Assembly: GCF_009834535.1 (NCBI RefSeq)
Contig: NC_045705.1
Location: 56,110,001 to 56,174,000 of the forward strand
Origin: Camelus ferus
Taxonomy: Eukaryota
Length of the DNA stretch: 64,000 nucleotides
Reading direction: 5' to 3'
This document shows, in pieces, positions 26,950 through 40,600 of this stretch (positions within the stretch are counted from its first letter, which is position 1; the number at the start of each line of letters is the position of its first letter). Position numbers and translations under genes: made by a program. The notes under the pieces were generated by a model. The model did no database searches, was not told the origin of the DNA, and saw only the letters and a program-made list of their open reading frames with translations.

Positions 26950-28998
26950 AAAATGAGTGAAAGGTACTATCACTTTGTATCCTCACCTACCCTTGGTATT
27001 GCTCTTTTTATTTATTTATTTTAGCCATCTTTTGAGATACGTAGTAGAATCTTATTGCATTTGTTATTTGAAATTCTTCAATGAAAAAATAAGTTGAGCA
27101 TCTCTTCATATGTTTATTTTCCATCTGTGGACATTATATATAAAAGAAAGTGATGTTGAGCAAGTGAGAGAGAGAGCTGAGGGGAACCTGGACTTGAAGA
27201 GATATTTCCAGTGCTTTTGCGACTAAACCACTAAGCCCTACCTGCCTTTTATATGTAGGGCATGGAAGCATAAAGCAAAGTTTATGGTTGAATACAATGA
27301 ACACAATAAATATAACAGCCATTGTTAGAACATGAATTTAAAGCTGCCCTTTAAAGTTTTAATAGAGAACATCATTTCTTGCAGATTAACACATCTGAGT
27401 CCTGTCAAACAGACCAACTGGAAATATGTATGAACTTTCCCTCTAAAGGTAGGACACTATGAATTTAATTTCTTTGAAGAATGGTATTGGTAATCCTGTG
27501 TGACATTGAAGGTGGGGGAGGAATCACATATTGGGCTTTTAAATCAGTGTATAAAATTAAATACACAATTTATTAATGTGAAAATTTATTATTTAATGTA
27601 TGTCTTATTCTTTAATAATATTAAATTTGGGTTATACTTAAAATGGCACGCAATGTCCAAATTAAGGAAAACACTGGAAAGAATGCTGTTGGATGCACTT
27701 TGACAAAAGAAGCCATCAAAAATACATTATGTGCGTCTTCCTATCCCTAAGAGAAAAGAGCATTTAATGTGCTCAGAGTTCACAGGAAATAAATTCTTGA
27801 GATAATCATACTCACACATCTCTTATGTGACCCCCTCCCCCATTAATTCCTTTTAAAAAGTTTTTACTGAAGTCTCTAGTTCACATTCCTTGTAGTAATG
27901 TTGCAGTCATTGTAATAACATTAGACAGTGAACTTACCATCAGGTTGTTTTTAGCCTTCTGCCCAGTCACTCACTCTTATGTTCTATGTCATTATTTTTA
28001 TGTGCACATCACTTTCTGCTAGCATCAAATTCAGGAAGAATAATTGTTAAAAAATATTTGATGCCCAGGAGTCATGTTGGAGATACGTACTTATAAGGTT
28101 ACAGAAAACATTTTTATAAGAATATCCAGGAAATTCTGGTGAAAGTTGCTTACTTTGAAAGTATTTTCTACCTGAACTTGCCTGAGACTAACCTACTTTG
28201 GCAAAGCATCAAGTCCCAAAGGATGTATGTTTATTGCATTTTACAAATCAAGAGGCAGAAGTGGCCCGTATAAATAGAAACTTGCCTAAATATATTTAAC
28301 CTGTGGTAATACACACACACTCATCTGAGGCAGGTAAAAGACTGATCAGACATGACTCAAAATCCTACTGTTAGAATTCTATGCATTCAAGCTTCTTTTA
28401 TGTTCATGATTTTCATTCTTTAATACAACAAAAGGGAAGTAGTTGCACAGTAGGAGAACATGGTGTCTGTAGATTTTCATGAACAGAAAGGAGAAAGGTA
28501 CTAAAACAAAAGGGAAGGACTGGAAACATTTTAAAAACTCTACTCCATAGCCCAGTGATGTCCTCAGAGAGTCAGGCACATCAAAATTTATACCTGAGAA
28601 ATTGACCAAGACCTTTCTTACTTTAAATTCAAGTTCAGCTCTCTTTTCAGAGAAAACATGTCAGTTGACATAGACTAATTATGCCCAGCTGGAATATGAT
28701 CCTGTTTTCAAACACAGGGACCAGGAGTTTCGCTAAATCTCTGTAGTTGAAAATGAAAGGACTTCCAATGGGATGTTTTCCCTAACTGTAAGGTAACCCT
28801 ACATTCCACAAAAATAAGCACTCAACACCAATATGGAGAGGAAATATTGGGATTTAAGACTAGAAGGTAATCTCCAAAGTTTGTTCCTTTAGGATCTGTA
28901 GGATCTTTTGCTATAAGGAACACTTAAAAAGATAACCTTGAATAGAGTTAAAGTTAGCTACTTTAACACACCCCCAAGAACTAAGGAAACAAAAGACC

Positions 28999-29934
28999 CT
29001 ACTTTGAGGTGAAAATACGGACCACATGCTCACGACTCTGCTTTGTCCTCACACCATAGATGATAGGATTGAGGGCAGGTGGGATGACCACACAGAGATT
29101 GGCAATAAGGATGTGGACATAATGGGGAATTTTTTGTCCAAATCGGTGGGTGAGGAAGGAGAACAGGGAGGGTGTATAGAAAACACACATGACCCCTACA
29201 TGTGACCCACACGTGTTCAGGGCTTTGTGACGAGCATCTCGAGATGGGAGATGGAAAACTGCACAGAGGATGTAGGCATAAGAGATTCCAACCAGAGCCA
29301 CATCCAAAATGAGGAAAGAAGCCACCAAAAGCCCATAAATGGCATTAATCCGAATGCTGGTACAGGCCAACTTGGCAATGCCCATATGCTCACAGTAGGA
29401 GTGGGCAATAATTCGAGCCTCACAGAAGGGCAGACGATAAGTTAGGTAGAGAATGGGCAACATAAGCAAAACTGGGTGCATTATAATACCAACACCAGTG
29501 CCTGCTAGAACTCGGGGTATCAGGATGGTTGTGTAGTGGAGAGGTGCACAGATGGCCACATGGGGGTCAAAAGCCATTGCCAGCAGGACTGCAGACTCCA
29601 TTCCTGTGAAGGTGTGTATCAGAAACATCTGGGCCACACAGGCTCCAAAGCCAATTTCATGAGCATTAAACCAGAAGATACCCAGCATCCGGGGCACTGC
29701 GGATGTGGAGAGGGCCAGATCTATGGCAGATAAGATGGCTAGAAAGTAGAACATGTGGTCTCGCAGAGTACAGTCAGACCAGATAATCAGCAAAATGGTA
29801 GCATTGCCCAGCAGAGCCATTAAGTAAATGAAGCAAAAAGGCAAGGAGATCCAGACATGGGCATCCTCAAGTCCTGGGATGCCTGTAAGGAAAAAGGTGT
29901 CTGGGTGGAAAGTGGAAGTGTTGATGTGGAGCAT
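28999..29934 (-). CDS. Class I olfactory receptor, OR52J-like; open 311-aa frame but DRY motif is DPH (probably impaired)
   Basis: [72 protein letters not shown]; recalled similarity to human OR52J3; MAFDPH at 29560-29568; strong acceptor cttatttttgcttctAG at about 29971-29987. Confidence 0.9.
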   Translation of the reverse strand: MLHINTSTFHPDTFFLTGIPGLEDAHVWISLPFCFIYLMALLGNATILLIIWSDCTLRDHMFYFLAILSAIDLALSTSAVPRMLGIFWFNAHEIGFGACVAQMFLIHTFTGMESAVLLAMAFDPHVAICAPLHYTTILIPRVLAGTGVGIIMHPVLLMLPILYLTYRLPFCEARIIAHSYCEHMGIAKLACTSIRINAIYGLLVASFLILDVALVGISYAYILCAVFHLPSRDARHKALNTCGSHVGVMCVFYTPSLFSFLTHRFGQKIPHYVHILIANLCVVIPPALNPIIYGVRTKQSREHVVRIFTSK

Positions 29935-30904
29935 CTTGCCACTGATGAGAAGGCAAATAGTTGACCAACTCTAGAAGCAAAAATAAGAGTGATAAAGGCT
30001 CACACCTCCAATAGGCTTAATTTTTATTTTTTTTCTTATAAAAGGTAATGATACAACTTGTGTACGAAGGTAGGTATAGGCACAGACTGAGCACTTTTTA
30101 GTGGAAGGAAAATTAACTTTATGGAAATCTTTCCTCTGAAATACTAGATTCATATCTTATACTTGTTAGCTCAAACCCCATACAAAATATGCAATGAATT
30201 AAAGAAACATGAAGGAGTTTATGTTTATATTGAGATCTCAGTATTCTTTGAAGACAAAGTACACCTTACTTAAACATATCAACACAAAAATCACTCAGCA
30301 TCAAGATACAGACACCTGCACACAGAACGTGATTATATATGTATAAGAACAGTGTTGTAACTAGATACAAAGAGTGATAGAAGTCAAGCAGGATTTCTTA
30401 AACTTGTTTGTTCAGTATCAATTTTTACAATGAATACCAGATCCAAAATGAAGAGGTATGCTGCTTTAGTTTATCCCTTCATACTTATTCATATACCCCC
30501 ACAGACACACTGTACTGTGTCTAGATATAAAGAGATGCACAAAGATAGACAGCCACATTGTACTGTACATCAGATTTGAAAATAGTTACACAAAGATGGG
30601 AAAACCTGATACAATGTGCAGGAGACAAGTGATCTCTTTGATACTAATATTCTGATGGGATATATACAAATAAAGACTCTCCAAAGTTTTACAGGCTATC
30701 AAATTCCCAAGAACATCCCAAGATTTCTAGCAATTCTATCTTTCTTTGTATGAGTGTGGAGGAGAGGGGAGTTTGGGGGTGAGCAGTGAAAAGATTTGTT
30801 GAAAGGAGATGGTTTGAGAGAATAAAGACCCATTTCTAATGACAATGATGAAGGTCAGCCTCAGGCTGATGAAATCCATGCTCCTGATTTACCACCCTGC
30901 AGTT

Positions 30905-31275
30905 ACGGTCTTTCTTTCTTTCTCTCTTTCTTCCACTCCTTGTCTCTCTTATTTTCTCTCTCTCTTTCTTTTCTTTCTTCCTTCTTTGCTTTCATTCTTC
31001 TTTCTTATTTTTTCTTCCTTCCTTTTTCTTTTTTTTCTTCCAGAAAAAAAGCAAAAAGAGATAACACAGCACTATAGAAAAAATAAGAAAGGGACAGAGA
31101 AGTATAGGATGAAAGGAAAGTAGGGAAGGAAAAGAGAAGATTAAAGACAGAAAAGAAAGAAGGAAGCATAAAGAATTAAGTAAAAAGGAAGGAAGAAAAT
31201 AAGGGAGGAAGGAAAGAAAAAAGAAAGAAGAAAGAAAGGTAGGAAGGAAGGGAGGGAAGGAAAGTGGAAGGGGAG
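30905..31275. repeat. Low-complexity pyrimidine tract followed by a purine tract
   Basis: CT-rich from about 30905-31040 and GA-rich from about 31041-31275. Confidence 0.9.
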
Positions 31276-32499
31276 TCTCAGCTCCAAGTGACTCCTGTTA
31301 AAAGTGAGAGACAAAAGTCCAAATTTGGGGAATTATTTTAATAATGATATTAATAAGATAGAGCTTCCCCAGCCAGTAAATCCTGCAAGACTACTTAATC
31401 TCCATCTCCAGGCTTCTTACTTCTTTCCTTTCCCCTTGATAATCAACTTTATAAACCTGCACTTAACTCTGGGTCCATGATGGCCTTATTTTTTAATTAT
31501 TATGATGGAAGACCATGCCCTAATACACAATTATCACTGGGAGTGGAGATCTTCATTTACAGCATAACTTAAGTTCCCTATCTCTATATAATATAGATAG
31601 TTATTTAAAAATTTAAATTGTTTCAACATGATCTAGTTCTTTCAGTCAGAAAATCCTTCTACAGTTGTGATATAGAATATATAATAAATTCAACCACAGC
31701 CTGTTCTTTAACTGGTGTACAAGGGTCTCTGATCCATCTACATCAAACATTTAATTGGAAGCTCACCTCCAGCAGGAATAGGGCTAGAGAGCTCTAGTGT
31801 ATCTACTAAAGGGAACAACGACTTATACTACCTGTACTTAGGATCCTTTGGGGCCTGTCTGAAAACAAAGCCAACTCAAATCCTCTACATGAACCAGGAA
31901 TAACACCGAGAGACTCCTGAGAAAGAGCCCATTATCTGCACGTGGGGCAGAGGGACTGATGTGGAGCCAGACAGCATCTTCTACTCCACATCGTTTCCCC
32001 AACACATATACATATTGTAAATAGAAAGTCAGAGTTACAAACTAATACTACCAAAACATATTGATATGAAGTGAACAGAACTTCTTATTGGCTAAATTTT
32101 GCATCCTGATTTTATTAGATATAACAATGCTATTTAGATCATAAATTACCAATATGTAAATCTTCCCTTCCCACATCCATGTCTCAGCACTCCTCAAAAC
32201 TTTATTAACATATCATGACTGTCAAATAAGACAAAGTCTCTGATGTTTTTCCACGAGTACTAGTCTTACTGGTTGTAAATGTAAGTTAATAAAAATTAAA
32301 TAAACAAAAATTAAATAAAATGAAGTACATTTAAATACAGGAAATAAATGGAAGCCAAAGAAAGGAAAGATGTGGTATCCTAATATTTCAAAGTCACAAA
32401 TAAAAATGCATTTTTTCTATGTAAAAATAAAAGGAAAATAATATTACTTAGTCATAGAAAAATACAGGAACACCACTTACCAAAATTCCCATTCAGATG

Positions 32500-32747
32500 G
32501 TGATCCAGGAGGACTGGTAGATGATCTTCTCATTACATATGTCAGTTAAAGCACTTCTACTATTACATATTAACATAGACTATTGAAATTACTACAAATC
32601 TATAAATGACAAACAACTCAGTATTGAAAAAGGAACAAAAACTTAATCTGGTGATTTAAAAAAAGAGAGTATCTGACAAATATAAGAAAAAATTTTTCAT
32701 CTCTGCTATGCATCAGGAAAATTCTAATTCAAACCACAATGTGACAC
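32500..32747 (+). mobile_element. Old L1 ORF2 C-terminal fragment
   Basis: tttttcatctctgctatgcatcaggaaaattctaattcaaaccacaatg matches the L1 segment that encodes SLIIREMQIKTT. Confidence 0.55.
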
Positions 32748-33112
32748 TGTTAGCAGATAGAGGGACCCCTAAATTAGGAAGCCCACCAAAATGTGGGTCC
32801 TTGCTGCTGGCTGAGAAGGAATTCACACAGCAGAGGCATAGGAACCAAATAAACAGCTGCTTTGTTGCTCAGAAAGGGAAATGGAAGGAAATTGCTCGAA
32901 CAAAGATATGGAAAGAAAGGGACTCAAACAGAAAGGAAGTGCTCCAGCAGGAAGCCATCAGCCAAAATGGCCAGTAGAGATGGCTGTGGGCCAGGACCAG
33001 CCAACAGGTCTTTTGTTAGAAAGCTCTGCCATCATTATCTTCATTCCAGGTGGTGGTGTTAATTATTTTCTGCTATGGGCTCCTTCCTCCCTCACAGCTC
33101 AGCCCTGAAACA
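32748..33112 (-). mobile_element. Probable solo ERV LTR, about 365 bp
   Basis: TGTT...AACA termini; gggtccttgctgc...aaggaattcacacagc resembles an antisense ERV U5/R; no TSD found. Confidence 0.5.
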
Positions 33113-35304
33113 AAAAGCAATTAGCAAAAACTTTGGCTAGAACAAAGGAAGAGATACTGGGGTATGTCCTTGGATTTTGGGGAGCCAGCTGTGGGATAAC
33201 AGAAACGTAGTCCTAAAGAAAGCACATGGAGATCTGGCTATTAACTTAGGCAATATAAATAGTGAAATGCTCTGCCGAAGCCACGTTACAAAGGCTCTTG
33301 AGACTCTATGGTTAAAGGCTCTCAAGATTAAAAAAAGTTTTGAATCTGGCTTTAAACCACTGGTAACTTAAAATTGGCCATGTTGGGAGAACTTCTTGAC
33401 GGAAATATATTTTCCATTTTGTAAATGCTCCCCAAAATGTGTGTATATATACACATATGTTTGTGAGTACAGGTAAGTAAGTAGATACATACACATACAC
33501 TTGCGTACGTGTGTGTGTGTACACTCCAGCCTGCAGATGGGGAATAGTGTTCTGTGTGTGCAAGCATGTGTTTCAGAAAGACTGTGCATGTGTTTCAGAA
33601 AGACTCTGTCAATGAGTTAAAAAGAAGGTGGGGAGGAGTGAGAGATACAGAATGGGAGGAATTAAAAGGTGGGAGAGAGTGATGTAGAAGACAGGCACAG
33701 AGATGATGGAAGGAAAGCAGAGAAATGTGTCATGATTTCTAAGTTTGAGAGTTTGCCTGTATCTTTGGAATCCAGCTTCTAGAAGGATAAAAGAAATGAC
33801 CACCAAGTGAGAACTAACAATGCAATGAGGTGAAGTCCTTTTGGATTAATAGTTCATTGTAATGTCATAGTGAGATTGATACAATTATGAAGTGAATAGG
33901 CAAAAATATTTATTTTCCCCTTTCTAAAAAAGAATCACCAAGAAGAAAACGAGAAATATGGGGTCTTGGGAATAATACAGGAAGAAGACCCAATGGACAT
34001 TGATTTAAGAAAAAAATTTTTATACACCTGAGTATAAAATTCTTGGTAAAAGAAGACAGAGAATGTTCAGTAATATTATATCACTTTTACCTCTAGCCAA
34101 TCAACTTTAGTTTTATACTTATATATCTTCATTATATAGTGATACCTGACATTTTAGTCAATTTGAATAATAAACATATATAATAAGAAATAAAATATAT
34201 ATTTATAAAAATCACTAATAACTAAAGTGTTTTCCTCTGTATTTGCATACATATATGCCTTTAAAAGAATGGTGATTATATTTTTCTCTTTTTTTTACTC
34301 AGTATGTAATAGTGAAAGCTCTTGTCAAACTTTATTAATAGATATAATATATGTTCATTTAATCATCCCCCAATATTTTACAATTTTCCCAATATCTTAC
34401 AATTGCCAGTAGTATATACATATATGATCCAAGTATGTAAATGTAATTTACAAATTTCTGTAAGTTTATACTGTAAATTTTTGTTTATAAGAGGGGACAT
34501 ATTTATCTTATTACATTTACATCTGAGACATCAAACAAGATACCTGCCACTGAATGTATTCTTTGTAAATTATGCATTTAATCAAGAACTTATAGTTAAT
34601 GAAGAAGATATCTCTAGAAATTATGCGTATCTCTAGAAGTTGATGCATTGGGTGTTAGCTCAAGTATGAAATATTTATTCTTAAAATGATTAGTCTAAAC
34701 CAGTAATGGCAAATCCAATCCCTTTATCAATGGTGTGTTTAGAAATAGTCATAAACTAATTCTGGCATTCAGTTCCAAAAGGAAGGCTTCACTACCCTTG
34801 TTGAGAGAAGTTTTTTAGCTCCTAAAAGGCTGTGGAGAAATTAAAACCTATAGATTTGGGCCATTAAAACAATCAACTATGGATCCTGCCTTTCTACTGG
34901 GTTTATTGTTATATGAAATAATAACATTCATTATACTGAAGTAAATTCATACTGTGACTTTCTTTTATTTGCAAAGTGAAGCATCCTAACCAGTATGATA
35001 ATTATAGACATGTTTAAGACAATTATTATATAATATTAAAATCAATTGTCACAAATAATTTTCCAATTTTTATTCCATTTTGCACAATAAATTAATAAGT
35101 TAATTGGATTGGAAAGATGTGCTCTACTCACTGACTCACTATTTTTAGAATTCAGTCATTTACTTGCATCTTCTCAATACAGTAACTATTTTTTCAGCCT
35201 TTTTCTGTACAATTTCTTTTTTGGCATGAAACTTACACTAATACATAAATTAAACATCAACTTTCTTATATTATACTATGACTAATAATAAGAGCATGAG
35301 TTGT

Positions 35305-36100
35305 TTCATTCTTTGATTTATTCAGCAGACATTTCTTGAGTAGCTTGTGAGTCACATTGTGAGTCACTTAATAGATAAGTAAGTGACATCAAATTCCTTA
35401 TAGTCTGGAAGGACAGAGGAAGATAGGCAGTCATTGCAAGTTATTATAATACTAAGCTGTAAGTGAGAGAACTATGAATAAATACAGTAAACAAAGAAGA
35501 GTAAGTACCTCTCTACTTTCAATGGTGTGAGGAAAATCGACCTAGAATTGCTGATATGTAGAAATTCACTCCCATGTGGACCAATGTTATTCTTTTCCTA
35601 AAATAAGATTTTATTTGAATGTTAGATTTGAAAAAATTAAAATGCAAATGCCAGAAAATTGTTGTGACATAAGTCTTTAGTGGATGGGGAATGGAGGGAA
35701 AGGCAATAAGTCTTATAAAGCAGGTTTGTCTGTATTGCAGAGTTTATTAGGGAATAGGCATATCTCTATGAAATGAAGACCAAGAAGGAAGTTAAGCGTA
35801 ATAGGAAAACTGAAGTTGGGAGAGATGTCTGGCATGGAGAATGTAGCAAAAGTACAAATATATGCTGGTCACTGGAAATACTAAGTAAGACAGTAGCATT
35901 AAAGACAGAAATGAAAATACTTAAGAGATATTTATGAAATAAAATCAGCTGGTCTGGAAGACTGAATGTGTCTGGTGATATAGGTACTTCAGAGTTATAG
36001 TTATCACATAGTTGATGCAAGAAATTAAGATATAGAAAGTCAAGAAGACCAACATGATTAAAATTAAGAGAATATAAAGGAGGTGACAAAAGACTGTGGA
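35305..36100 (-). mobile_element. L2 LINE 3' fragments
   Basis: ttctttgatttattcagcagacatttcttgag (antisense L2 tail) and taagagatatttatgaaataaaatcagctggtctggaagactgaatgtg. Confidence 0.6.
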
Positions 36101-36341
36101 GATATATTTTCTCACATTACATGTGGAGAAAGAGAAGAATAAATTATGTAATTAATCATTTCCAAATTATAAGTTTCTATTTTAAAGACTAAGAATGCTA
36201 AACATAAATATGTAAATATAAATATAATTTGTGATAGACTTAGGAAAAATGAACATTTTTCCAGTTTCCTTTAAGTAAGAACTTCAAGATAATCACAATG
36301 ATTTTATAAAATCTCAATAAATTTGTTGTGCTTTAATATTT

Positions 36342-36342
<1 letters not shown>

Positions 36343-36374
<32 letters not shown>

Positions 36375-36376
36375 TA
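36343..36376. repeat. (TG)n(TA)n microsatellite
   Basis: gtgtgtgtatatatatatatatatatatattata. Confidence 0.9.
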
Positions 36377-36529
36377 TATTTGACACTTTTACTTTAGTTG
36401 TGTCACTTCAACTTCAGGGTATTTTATGGGATGTTAAAATAAAAACTCATAAACATCTCTAATAAAAACTCTGTTGGCAAGGGTTTGAATAAATAACAAA
36501 ACGTGGTAACACAAATAAGAATGATAATA

Positions 36530-36690
36530 TTAATGGCTAATAATTATTTTATGTGTTACTATAAACAACATTTAGGACACTATACTGATTGCTTTAGAAA
36601 AATTATATAATTAAGTCTTAATGCTTAACTTTAAAATAAAACTATATTTATAAAATAAGGAAATTGAGGATCATTGAACATATATTAAAG
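36530..36690 (-). mobile_element. MIR fragment
   Basis: taatggctaataattattttatgtgttactat...aaataaggaaattgagg. Confidence 0.5.
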
Positions 36691-37491
36691 ACAGAATTAG
36701 GACCAAACTTAAAATTCTGTTTAACTGTTGAGATCATATGAGCAAAGACAGGACAAAGGAAGCAACAATTAGGAAATCAGTCTAAAAATAAGGTAGAAAA
36801 CAAATAGAACTAAGAAGGTAAAAGTAAGCAACCTTTTAGGCTGTAAGTGGTTTCTTTATTTACATTTATGTCATAGTTTGTTCTATGAAACCTAAATATA
36901 CTTGTGACAAACTCTACACAAAAATTCTTAGTGAAGCTTTTTTCCTTACTTGCATTGCATGTACAAAATCAGTACTTAATCTATGACACAGTTTTGGATG
37001 TTAAAAATATTTATGATGAAATCACAAAATATATTATAGTCCTCATAATGGAATGAAAATGACTGATTTCTGAATACTGGGGAAAAAGGAAACAAAAGGA
37101 GCGATAAGAGGGGTTGCAAAGTAAAGAGAGAGAAACAGAGTCAAATGGACACAAAAAGGGAGTGAGAATCATCAGAAAAATCCACAGGAATGCTATAGGG
37201 TAGCTAGTGCACAAAAAAAAATGTGTTACATTCTCTAAATTCTACTTCATATCTACTTATACTAGTGATCAAAAAACACATATGAAGACTGTGATGGGCC
37301 ATCACTTACCATATGAATTGGATAACAAAGCTTAGATTTTTACTCCCTGAACTCACTAAAATAGTTACAGAAGGGAGCCAACATATGTAAAGATTTCTTT
37401 AATCACATTTAAATGTACATAATATAACAAGGTGTTTTTATGCTCAAAATTCGCATCTCATACATTTTAGGTGTGATTCCTTTTCAATCCC

Positions 37492-38427
37492 TTATTTTGG
37501 TAATAGTATGTTCTTCACACGATCATAGATCTGCTTGGTTCTGACTCCATATATGACAGGATTGAGCATTGGTGGCACTACGACATAAAGATTGGCCAAA
37601 AGTATGTGAATATAGCGGGGGACATTTCGGCCAAAACGATGTGTCATGAAGGAAAAGAGGGCTGGTGTGTAGAAGGCAAGGATTACACAAACATGGGAAC
37701 CACATGTGCTAAGAGACTTGTGTCGGGCTTCACTGGAAGGAAGACGAAAAACAGCACGGAGTATCTGAAGATAAGAAATGGCAATGGCTATGATGTCAAA
37801 CACCAGGATTGAAATAGCACCTAAGCCATAGATGATATTGATCTTGATGCTGGCACAAGACAGACGAGCAAGACCCATGTGTTCACAGTAGGTATGGGGG
37901 ATGACTTGCTTCCCACAGAAGGGCAGTCGCAAAATGAGAACTACAAATGGAATAACAGAAATAAATGATCTCATTAACACACCAAGACCGATCACAGAAA
38001 CAACCTTGTTGGTGAAGATGGTGCTATATCGGAGTGGGTTGCAGATGGCCACATAGCGGTCATAAGCCATTGCCAAGAGGACTGCGGATTCCATACCAGT
38101 GAAGTTGTGAATGAAAAACATCTGGGTGAGGCAAGCTTCAAAGATGATCTCCCTGAGACCAAACCAGAAGATCCCGAGCATCTTAGGGATGGTAGCTGTG
38201 GAGAGACCCAAATCAATGGTAGCCAACATGGCCAGGAAGTAGAACATAGGCTGGTGTAGGCTGCGCTCAGCCTGGATCACAAGCAGGATGGTGAAGTTCC
38301 CTAGGAGTGCAATCACATACACAGCACAAAAGGGAAAGCTAATCCAGATGTGGAGTGTTTCCAGTCCTGGGATTCCCAGCAACAAGAAGAAAGAGGGATG
38401 AAACTGGATATCATTGAGAATGGACAT
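37492..38427 (-). CDS. OR52E2: Intact class I olfactory receptor, OR52E2 orthologue-like (311 aa)
   Basis: All canonical motifs present: N-terminal [73 protein letters not shown]. Very close to recalled human OR52E2; orthology needs a tree. Confidence 0.93.
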   Translation of the reverse strand: MSILNDIQFHPSFFLLLGIPGLETLHIWISFPFCAVYVIALLGNFTILLVIQAERSLHQPMFYFLAMLATIDLGLSTATIPKMLGIFWFGLREIIFEACLTQMFFIHNFTGMESAVLLAMAYDRYVAICNPLRYSTIFTNKVVSVIGLGVLMRSFISVIPFVVLILRLPFCGKQVIPHTYCEHMGLARLSCASIKINIIYGLGAISILVFDIIAIAISYLQILRAVFRLPSSEARHKSLSTCGSHVCVILAFYTPALFSFMTHRFGRNVPRYIHILLANLYVVVPPMLNPVIYGVRTKQIYDRVKNILLPK

Positions 38428-38516
38428 CCTGCTTGGTAATACATAAGTCTATGTTCCTTACATAAATCTGTTCACCAGTCTTCAGGCTACCAGGTAAAGC
38501 CCTGCAATGTTTTAAA

Positions 38517-38537
38517 CCTAAGGAAAAATAAGAACAC
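38517..38537 (-). promoter_or_regulatory. Splice acceptor of the OR52E2-like coding exon
   Basis: The minus strand reads tgttcttatttttccttAG|gttt, with the exon starting at 38517, 90 nt upstream of the ATG. Confidence 0.65.
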
Positions 38538-39019
38538 CTTAGAATTGTGTTCATTCTCTTCCTCAGTTAATTTACACAATTAGAAATTTAGTACATAAAG
38601 AGGAATGTGAAAAAGTGAATTCTCAATGAGAAAGCTTTGGAAGAAGTTACACAGTAGATTGTATTTTAAAATTCTGTAGAACATATTCATCTTCTTAGCA
38701 CCTTTCTGTTTTAATTTGCAATTGTTTCATCACTAGTATTATGCTAAGATTTTGCTTAAGTGCTTGCTTTATGAATTATCTTCTCTTATCATCACCAACG
38801 TAATGTATTTTCAATTTTGTCATAAACAGGGCTTTGTCAGTCTCTATAGTTATGTCTATTGTTCCATTTGATTAGATGGTAACACACAGTTACTAATACA
38901 TAAGATTTGTAATAAGGGTTCATGAACACCATAATCATTAAAATGTAATTTAAATTATTAAAAATAAATCTAAAGGATTAAAATCAACCCAGTTGTTAAT
39001 ATTTATTCATTATTATTAC

Positions 39020-39210
39020 AAGATAAGAAGTAAATGTAGTTATAACAGCAGCATCAACTATGATTTATTAAGGTACTGAACCTGTGAAAATATCCTTAGT
39101 TTTTATAAACACATATAAAAGAACATTTTAACCCTATGTTTACATATGGATCTGAACCTCAAATAGTTTAAAAGACTTGCAAAACGGTTGGAATGCTTAT
39201 AGTTACAGAG
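39020..39210 (-). mobile_element. MIR fragment
   Basis: aacagcagcatcaactatgatttattaagg...atgtttacatatggatctgaacctcaaatagtttaaaagacttgc. Confidence 0.5.
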
Positions 39211-40469
39211 CTATAGAAAGAAAATAGAGGAGAAAATAGTAAATTGAAATGGAAAGAGAATGGAAATAAGGAGAAGATAATTCATGCCTCACTCATGTCG
39301 TACATACACAGTTCCCTCTCCTCCAAACACATTCACACAAACACCTAATCTCTTTTAAACTCACATCCATCTGAATATGAGATGTCAGTATCTTCATTAT
39401 AAATCTAAGGCAATCATAATTGTAACAGTTTAGGATACATAGCAAATATGTTGAAGAAAAGACTAGATAGAAAGCAAGCTAAATCTATCATTTTCAAAAT
39501 TACCTAAACTGTTCTTACATATTTTCTTGTATTTTACTCTGGCAATTGTTACATGAGTATTTTCAAAGAATTTGATCAGTCATTACTTGTATTTGTTTTG
39601 TAGGAAAAAGTGGTTTTCCATCATTTTGTATTATTGGAAGATGCCAGGAGAATAATGATAATTATGATCACAGTTTTACTAAGACAATCAGGTATTATCT
39701 ATACATCCATATATGGGAAGCAAAGCCAAAAAGAGGGTGGAGCCCTTGATAAAACGGCAATAGAAGGAGCAGAAAAGTATGTTTGAGGAAATGGGAAACT
39801 TCTAGGAGGAAATAGTAAACATTTGAAAAGAAGAGAAGCTAAAAATAATAGATACAGTTTGTAAGAGATACTCTGTGAACATTCTTTGAGAATAGTCTTT
39901 CTTCCAGAATGTTCTGGCCTCATAATGTTCTGGCCTTTTTAGAGTATCCACTCTTAAAAGGTGTTTTATAGACAACACAAAGAGTGAAATTAGGATTCAA
40001 TTATAGAAGCAAAATTTTCTGTGATTTATTAACATAAGTGCTAATTGCAGATCCTTTTATTAAGTAATTTTTTATATTCCTAAATAACATCTCTGAGGAT
40101 TAGGAATGTCGTCAGTAGTCTCAGGAAGTTATAAAAATAATGTTTTCCTTTTTCATTGTACCTATATTCAGTAGATCCTCAGTAAACAAGAAAATTACAT
40201 TAGCTAATAGGTAGAAAGCTCATCATTAAATTGAAAAATAAGCCAAATTTCTGGTTTGTTGTTAGAGGGAGAGATGGTATTATATTTTGTGTTTAAAAAT
40301 TATCTCTCGACTCAGATAATTATGTCCTACAATGGGGCCTCAGTAGTTGGTTCAGTAGAGAGTCAGTGATATGATACCCAAGCAGAAAGACTTGTAAGAC
40401 ATACACAGAACAAGGAAATTTTGTACTTCTCTGTCTTAATGTCATTACCATTCAGTGAATTGACTAGAT

Positions 40470-40600
40470 CAAAAATCAAATTGTAACTATGTATGGTGAT
40501 TATGGATGTTAACTAGACTTATTGTGGTGATCAGTTCACAATATGTACATTATGTTGTCCACTTGAAAGTAACATAACATTATATGTAAATTATATCTAA
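40470..40600 (+). mobile_element. Short L1MA-type 3' end
   Basis: gatgttaactagacttattgtggtgatcagttcacaatatgtacattatgttgtccacttgaaagtaac. Confidence 0.75.

Larger units (their letters stand above)
23560..27135 (-). mobile_element. Old L1MC-type element (3' UTR to ORF2 end), interrupted by an ERV LTR and a younger L1
   Basis: Characteristic L1MC 3' UTR (cattagtatggtcatttgttacaattaatgagccaatatt; cagtttctcagacttttcttgg; ataatccaatac...tgtccctttgacaca) that resumes colinearly across both insertions. Confidence 0.82.

Noticed and set aside
30839-31123. Hydrophobic 94-aa ORF as a small membrane protein (also 41109-41447)
   Set aside because: F/L/S richness comes from CT low-complexity sequence; there is no family motif.
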